Part shown: piece after piece, positions 58,899-64,000 of the stretch
How the letters are laid out: each line of letters starts with the position of its first letter
Numbering within the stretch: position 1 is the stretch's first letter
NCBI RefSeq assembly: GCF_009914755.1
Contig: NC_060926.1
Length of the DNA: 64,000 nucleotides
DNA from: the human T2T-CHM13v2.0 reference genome, Homo sapiens
Direction: 5' to 3' (one strand)
The notes under the pieces: model-generated
What the model was told of the DNA's origin: nothing
Seen by the model: only the letters and a program-made list of their open reading frames with translations
Database searches by the model: none
Position numbers and translations under genes: made by a program

Positions 58899-59026
58899 GG
58901 ATGGATGCGGTGGCTCACGCCTGTAACCCCAGCACTTTGGGTGGCCAAGGGAGACAGATCACTTGAGCTCAGGAGTTCGAGACCAGCCTGGGCAACATAG
59001 TTAGATCCTGTCTCAATTTTAAAAAG
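58899..59026 (+). mobile_element. FLAM_C-type Alu monomer
   Basis: Left monomer only, with TSD gagtaattg on both sides. Confidence 0.88.
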
Positions 59027-61265
59027 AGTAATTGCACAGAGTTAAAAGAAGCAATGCATGGGAAATAACTCTAAACCAGGAAGGGAAGAAACTCGAGTTT
59101 TGCCACATACACCCCCCCCAGAGCAAGCATTTATTAAGCACCTACGCTGGCTTTGGGTAAAGAAATAAGTACAATTCCTGTATTCAAAGAACCAACAGTT
59201 TATTATTTTACAATATTAATCAACTACACATAAAAAGTCTCAAATGTTACCTTGTTCTCCCTTTCTCTTTAGGTGTCTTTGGTCAAGAAATGAGCACTTT
59301 TGAAGCACCCATAAAAACATAAATAATGGAATTTACTAAGGTACAATGTGCAGGAGATTATATATGAATTAAACTAATTATTACCACAACACTGTGAGTT
59401 GTTGTTTTGTAATTTACAGGACAAAGCATAAATTCCTGAGAAGGGAGTTAACTCGTCCTCAGTTAGTAAACTGCAGCCCTAGGTTTAAAACCCAGAGAAG
59501 TTCATTTCAAAACCCATTTCTTTCTCCTATGCCATTCTGTTACTGTATGCCGTATCTGTGTGCCCAGCACCACTGAAACACCAATCTAAGATCTTAAAAT
59601 TCTATTTAGAGTGCCAGATGGAAACAAAAAGAAAAAAAAAACACACAATACATTATGTGAACCTATCTAATAGATATGTCTTCTGAAATGACATCTACTA
59701 AAAGAAACACTAACTTATCAAAAGAAAACCATTAGCTATATGCATACTAAAGACTAATTCATTATAATCATGCCTTCACGAGCTGTAAAACTATATTAAA
59801 TCTTTTGAAACAAAGGAAAAATACCCATATTCTGAAAAGTAAACAATGTTTTCATCTGCCTAGTTTAAACAAACAAAAATACTATTCCTGGCCCGCCCAA
59901 CTACCATCACATTCAGTACCATAGAAAGGTATCTGATTTAATGTATAAACACCGTAAAATCCATTGCAATTCTTCCTCCCAGAAACAAGAAGAGGAAATG
60001 ACAAAGAAATATACAGTAGTCTCATTTATACAAACTTTCCCTGAGGAAATAGGTGGACCTAGAAACAAAGGCATATATAACACGCCAAGTAATGGTGGTG
60101 GTCAGTACTTAGCAATGTCTTAGCAAAGACTTTGTTCAAAAATAGCCTTTGGATATCAAAGCCATTAAAACAACTTTTATAGCACAAGAATTCTGGTATT
60201 ATAGGTGTGGTCCAGTTATTATAAATGTCAAGATACAGGAGCTAAAATCCTAATTTACACATTTACTTTTTGATCCTAAAATAAAAATAAGATATTTTTA
60301 TTGTACTGATCTCGCATAAAGATCATTATGTTCTATATATTGTCCTCAATTTCATAAGCACCACTTATGTTACTCTTACAATATTTTCTTAATTGCCTTC
60401 TACCACTTTTCTTATAAAAAGCTAGAAAATATAAAAATTTTATCTCAAAAGCAAAACTAATTCTATGTCACTGAGAGATCATTGTTTATATTTATGAATT
60501 TAATGAGATACCTATAATTTATGTGCACTTTAAGAAACCACAGATGACGTTGACCAACAACCTAAGTTTTTTACATCAACAGTATGACACTTTGAAAATC
60601 ATCTTTAGTAATTTTAAACAAAACAAAAAACACACATGTAACACGTAATCAATTTGATATTCCATCCAAATATGTTGTTGTTTAAACAACAGGGTATCAC
60701 TGTCTTCTAGAGTTTCTCATTAGAAAAAAAAAATTGTGTACTGTGTTTCAGTTCAGGCACTACAGCATGATTAGAGTACCCCTATTAGACAAAACATAAA
60801 CTCAAACTTAAGTACATTTTGCAAAACATGAAAACTTTTAACAAGTGACCTCAACTAGAATTATAAATGGGCTTGTCCATATGACTTGGGAGTTTCATGA
60901 CATAATTGACAACAGGCTAAAGTTAAAAAACAAAAATGGGTCAGTACAAGGCACACTGTTCTGAATAGATGGAGACAGGTTTAGAAAGCACGAGTTTCTA
61001 ATTGTACATCACCACATATATGGTTTATATGCCAACTACTGCATGTGTCTTTGTAAATTACTATCTACTTTCCTTTGACAAGAATAAATTGTGATAAGAA
61101 GGCATCTAAACATTCCAAGTTATAGCTATGTAACTTCAAAAATCTACAGAAAAGTCATCCAGTTCTAAAGATTAATGCATAATTATTTCAAACATGAAAA
61201 TGGAATATAATTATACTCAATATTGAATGTATAATGAGTCTGTGTTAAACAATTCTATTACTCAC

Positions 61266-61306
61266 CTTAGCTTTTTCCTTTTCCATATGGTTCAGTAATT
61301 TGCTTT
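61266..61306 (-). other. Candidate 41-nt alternative (poison or 5'UTR) exon
   Basis: gttctttag|AAAGC...GCTAAG|gtgagt with a perfect donor. Length is not a multiple of 3. Confidence 0.3.
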
Positions 61307-64000
61307 CTAAAGAACGTATGCATAGTGGGAGTAAACAAGACACCAAGAGGTACCTTCTCCTCTTCCTTATTAATGACATCATTAAGTTTGCTTATTTATA
61401 GTCTCGATCATCTAACCTCATGCCCTACATGAATAAGGGGATTTGTTTAGTTGTTAATCCTCACAGTGTGTGGTTAGCAGCAATAAACCAGTGACAGATA
61501 GTAATTTGATACTATCTTTTTTATTTTTAAAATAAAACATGGCAAGATTGCAGTTTGTGCTGTTCTGGTTTATGTCAACCTTAAATGTGATAAAGTTTCT
61601 TTATCAGCAAAATTTGGAAAATGTAAATCTCATGTATTTATTTTTATAGGAAATTTACATTTGAATTATATAAGTTAGATTTCTACCAGGTATTTAGAAA
61701 CACAGCCCTTGTTTAAAAAATATACAGTCAATGATTCTATTGACTATTTTTCACATTTTAGATACATCTGATAATAGCAAGTAGATTTTTAATTTGAACA
61801 TTAAGAATCTCTCCTAAGTACATGTATTATTTCTCCTTCATTCTGTAAAGGTTTTCAATTAATCTTATCACTTATTCTAAGAAGACTTCTTTAAATACTA
61901 ATTAGCTCTGTTAGAAGAAATACTTTATACCACAAAACAATGTTAATTCAATTTTTTCTTTTAAGTCACCAAACTTTCAACACAAACCATTTGGAGTTTC
62001 AATTAAAGGATGCATTTAGCTATCCACAGATATTCTATACCACAATTTTATCTTACATAAAAAGACTAATTCTCACATTCATCTAATATTACATAATACC
62101 AGACATCTATTTAAGGGATGAAGTTAACGCAGTCCTTAATAAAAGAATAATGTTTTAGCACACACAGAAAGTACAGTACTGTAAGCAAGGAGATGAGTCA
62201 AGTTGCATTATTCAGTTAGTTTAGCAAAATTATATGTAATCGTGTACCAGCCAACTTAGAATGTCCACGAGCAACTTCTTAGTCCATGCTGACGGAGTTA
62301 ATATTACACTCAAAGTCTGCTCTAAGGTTCATGTGCTAAAGGATTCTTTATTTTTTAATTTAATGCAGGTAAATTGACTAACTGCAATTGTTACTACCAA
62401 GAGGGTTGTTAATACAGAGAGGTCCATGCCAGGATCGTACAGGGGAAAGAGTGCCAATCTAGAGATCAAAATGCTTAATTCTAGTTTGAATTTCTGTCCA
62501 GTACCCGAAGAAAATACCTAAAGTTAGCTTCATAGGGTTCTCATATTTTAAATGATAGAGACTATTCCTTGTAAAAGCTAAAGCCCTAGATTAGCGTGAT
62601 TATCATATTGTTTATTGAAGAATTTACCATAATTTGAAAGGAACCTCACCATGTCTTAAGGCTAGGAAGTGTTTCCAGTAAGAACATAATGAACAGCAGT
62701 AGTTAATATTATATACACACAGTTTAATGGATTAAGCATTACATTTAAAATAATTTTTATTCTCTAACATGTATATACATTTAATCATTACATATACATT
62801 TAATGCATTAAGAAAAAAATTCTGTACTTTACTCTCCAAAGCATCAATTCAAAAAACATAACTACTTCAGCTTTTTCTACAAAAATGCTGATGGAGAAAA
62901 AGAGTCCTCAGACATATTAAAATGTGCAAGGGTAATCATAGTTTGAGAGAAAATATTAGATATTTTTAAAGCAAAAGATTAGGAAAGGTTAAATTATTTT
63001 AAAAGTTTTACACAACGTATTTACTTACAACTGTTCCAGAAAGTCTCCATAAAACAGTATTGTTCCTCTAGCGCTTTACTTTTAGAGAATGCTGAACCAA
63101 CTGTCCTGCTCTGTTACTAACTCAACTGTTTATCATGTATGTGTAAGCGCCAGGCACTTCTTACCTCTGGCAAATATGTAAAAGAAGGAATTCACTGGTC
63201 TTATCCAATCATTCTGGGAATAATCATGTTAACATTTTCACAGGCTCTTTTTCTAAAGAGAATGTGCTTTATGCAATAAAAATTACAAAAATAAAAAGCA
63301 GCTTCTTATCAAGCAATTTTAAAATTGGAGAATCCAATTTTTTGTTTCCTTTATAAAGTTATAAATGCAGATTCTCAACATATACAAAATCTTTAATTAT
63401 CTTAATTCATCGTTTGATCTGATTGCTAAGAAGCACATCTGTATAATATTTTTTAAAGCCTTAAAATTACTTGTAGGATGATAGTTTGAAGAAAGCTGAG
63501 TATATAAAAATAAAATTCAGAGAAAAAAGCAGGCATTTAATTTTGTAAAAAGAAAAAAAGAACCAGGTAAACTTCCTGGCAGATGCCCTAAATTGTCTCC
63601 CAGTGGGCCCAGGGCAAACATCATTTTCTACCACGGAAGCCTCAATACGGCCAATGGAAGCTGGTATTTCTGTTTCATGGCTTCACTTCTACTAACATTC
63701 TACTGTGAAGGCCCTGATGTGAAAGGAGAAGAATTTAAACAGCTAGATTTTATAGTCAGTCCTTTTCTAAATCAAAGTGCATCTTTGCAACAATTCCGAT
63801 TTTTCCAGAATGTTCAAAATCAAATGCAGACTATTCTAATATGAGTGACAGAAACTTTGATACAAAATCACATGTCCCATTACTTTCACTGACAGAAGCA
63901 TTATTTCTTCTTCCATGTGTGCAATACTGATTGATAAGGTTATAGCTCAAAATATCACAAGAACTGTGACTGGCACTTGCTTTCTAGCCTTGACTGTCTC

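Noticed and set aside
63160-63215. Strong minus-strand donor GAG|gtaaga with a possible 49-nt exon or recursive splice site
   Set aside because: The acceptor has a weak pyrimidine tract, the length is not frame-preserving, and the junction is GAG|GT rather than YAG|GT. Isolated donors are common.

Overview
Human/primate AT-rich, mostly intronic DNA from the interior of COBLL1 (cordon-bleu WH2 repeat protein-like 1), transcribed on the minus strand. Five major coding exons (33009-33197, 19236-19437, 17291-17519, 11753-11850, 11403-11639) and a 39-nt cassette exon (16428-16466) join with canonical GT-AG sites and compatible phases. They encode the N-terminal KRAP motifs and the Cobl-homology region. 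The gene's 5' and 3' exons lie outside the window. The rest is ordinary mammalian intron: about 16 Alu/FLAM/FRAM SINEs, L1 and L2 fragments, two MaLR solo LTRs with intact 5-bp TSDs, several MER/Tigger DNA-transposon relics and microsatellites. I found no convincing new biological system. The best leads are a frame-preserving 15-nt microexon candidate with an upstream UC-repeat/UGC architecture, a second in-frame donor in the 39-nt exon, a candidate 41-nt poison/5'UTR exon, a 3'-truncated U3 snoRNA retrocopy with TSDs, inverted Alus bracketing exons (circRNA potential), a CTCF-like site and some local duplications. Repeat subfamily calls and boundaries are by eye and approximate.
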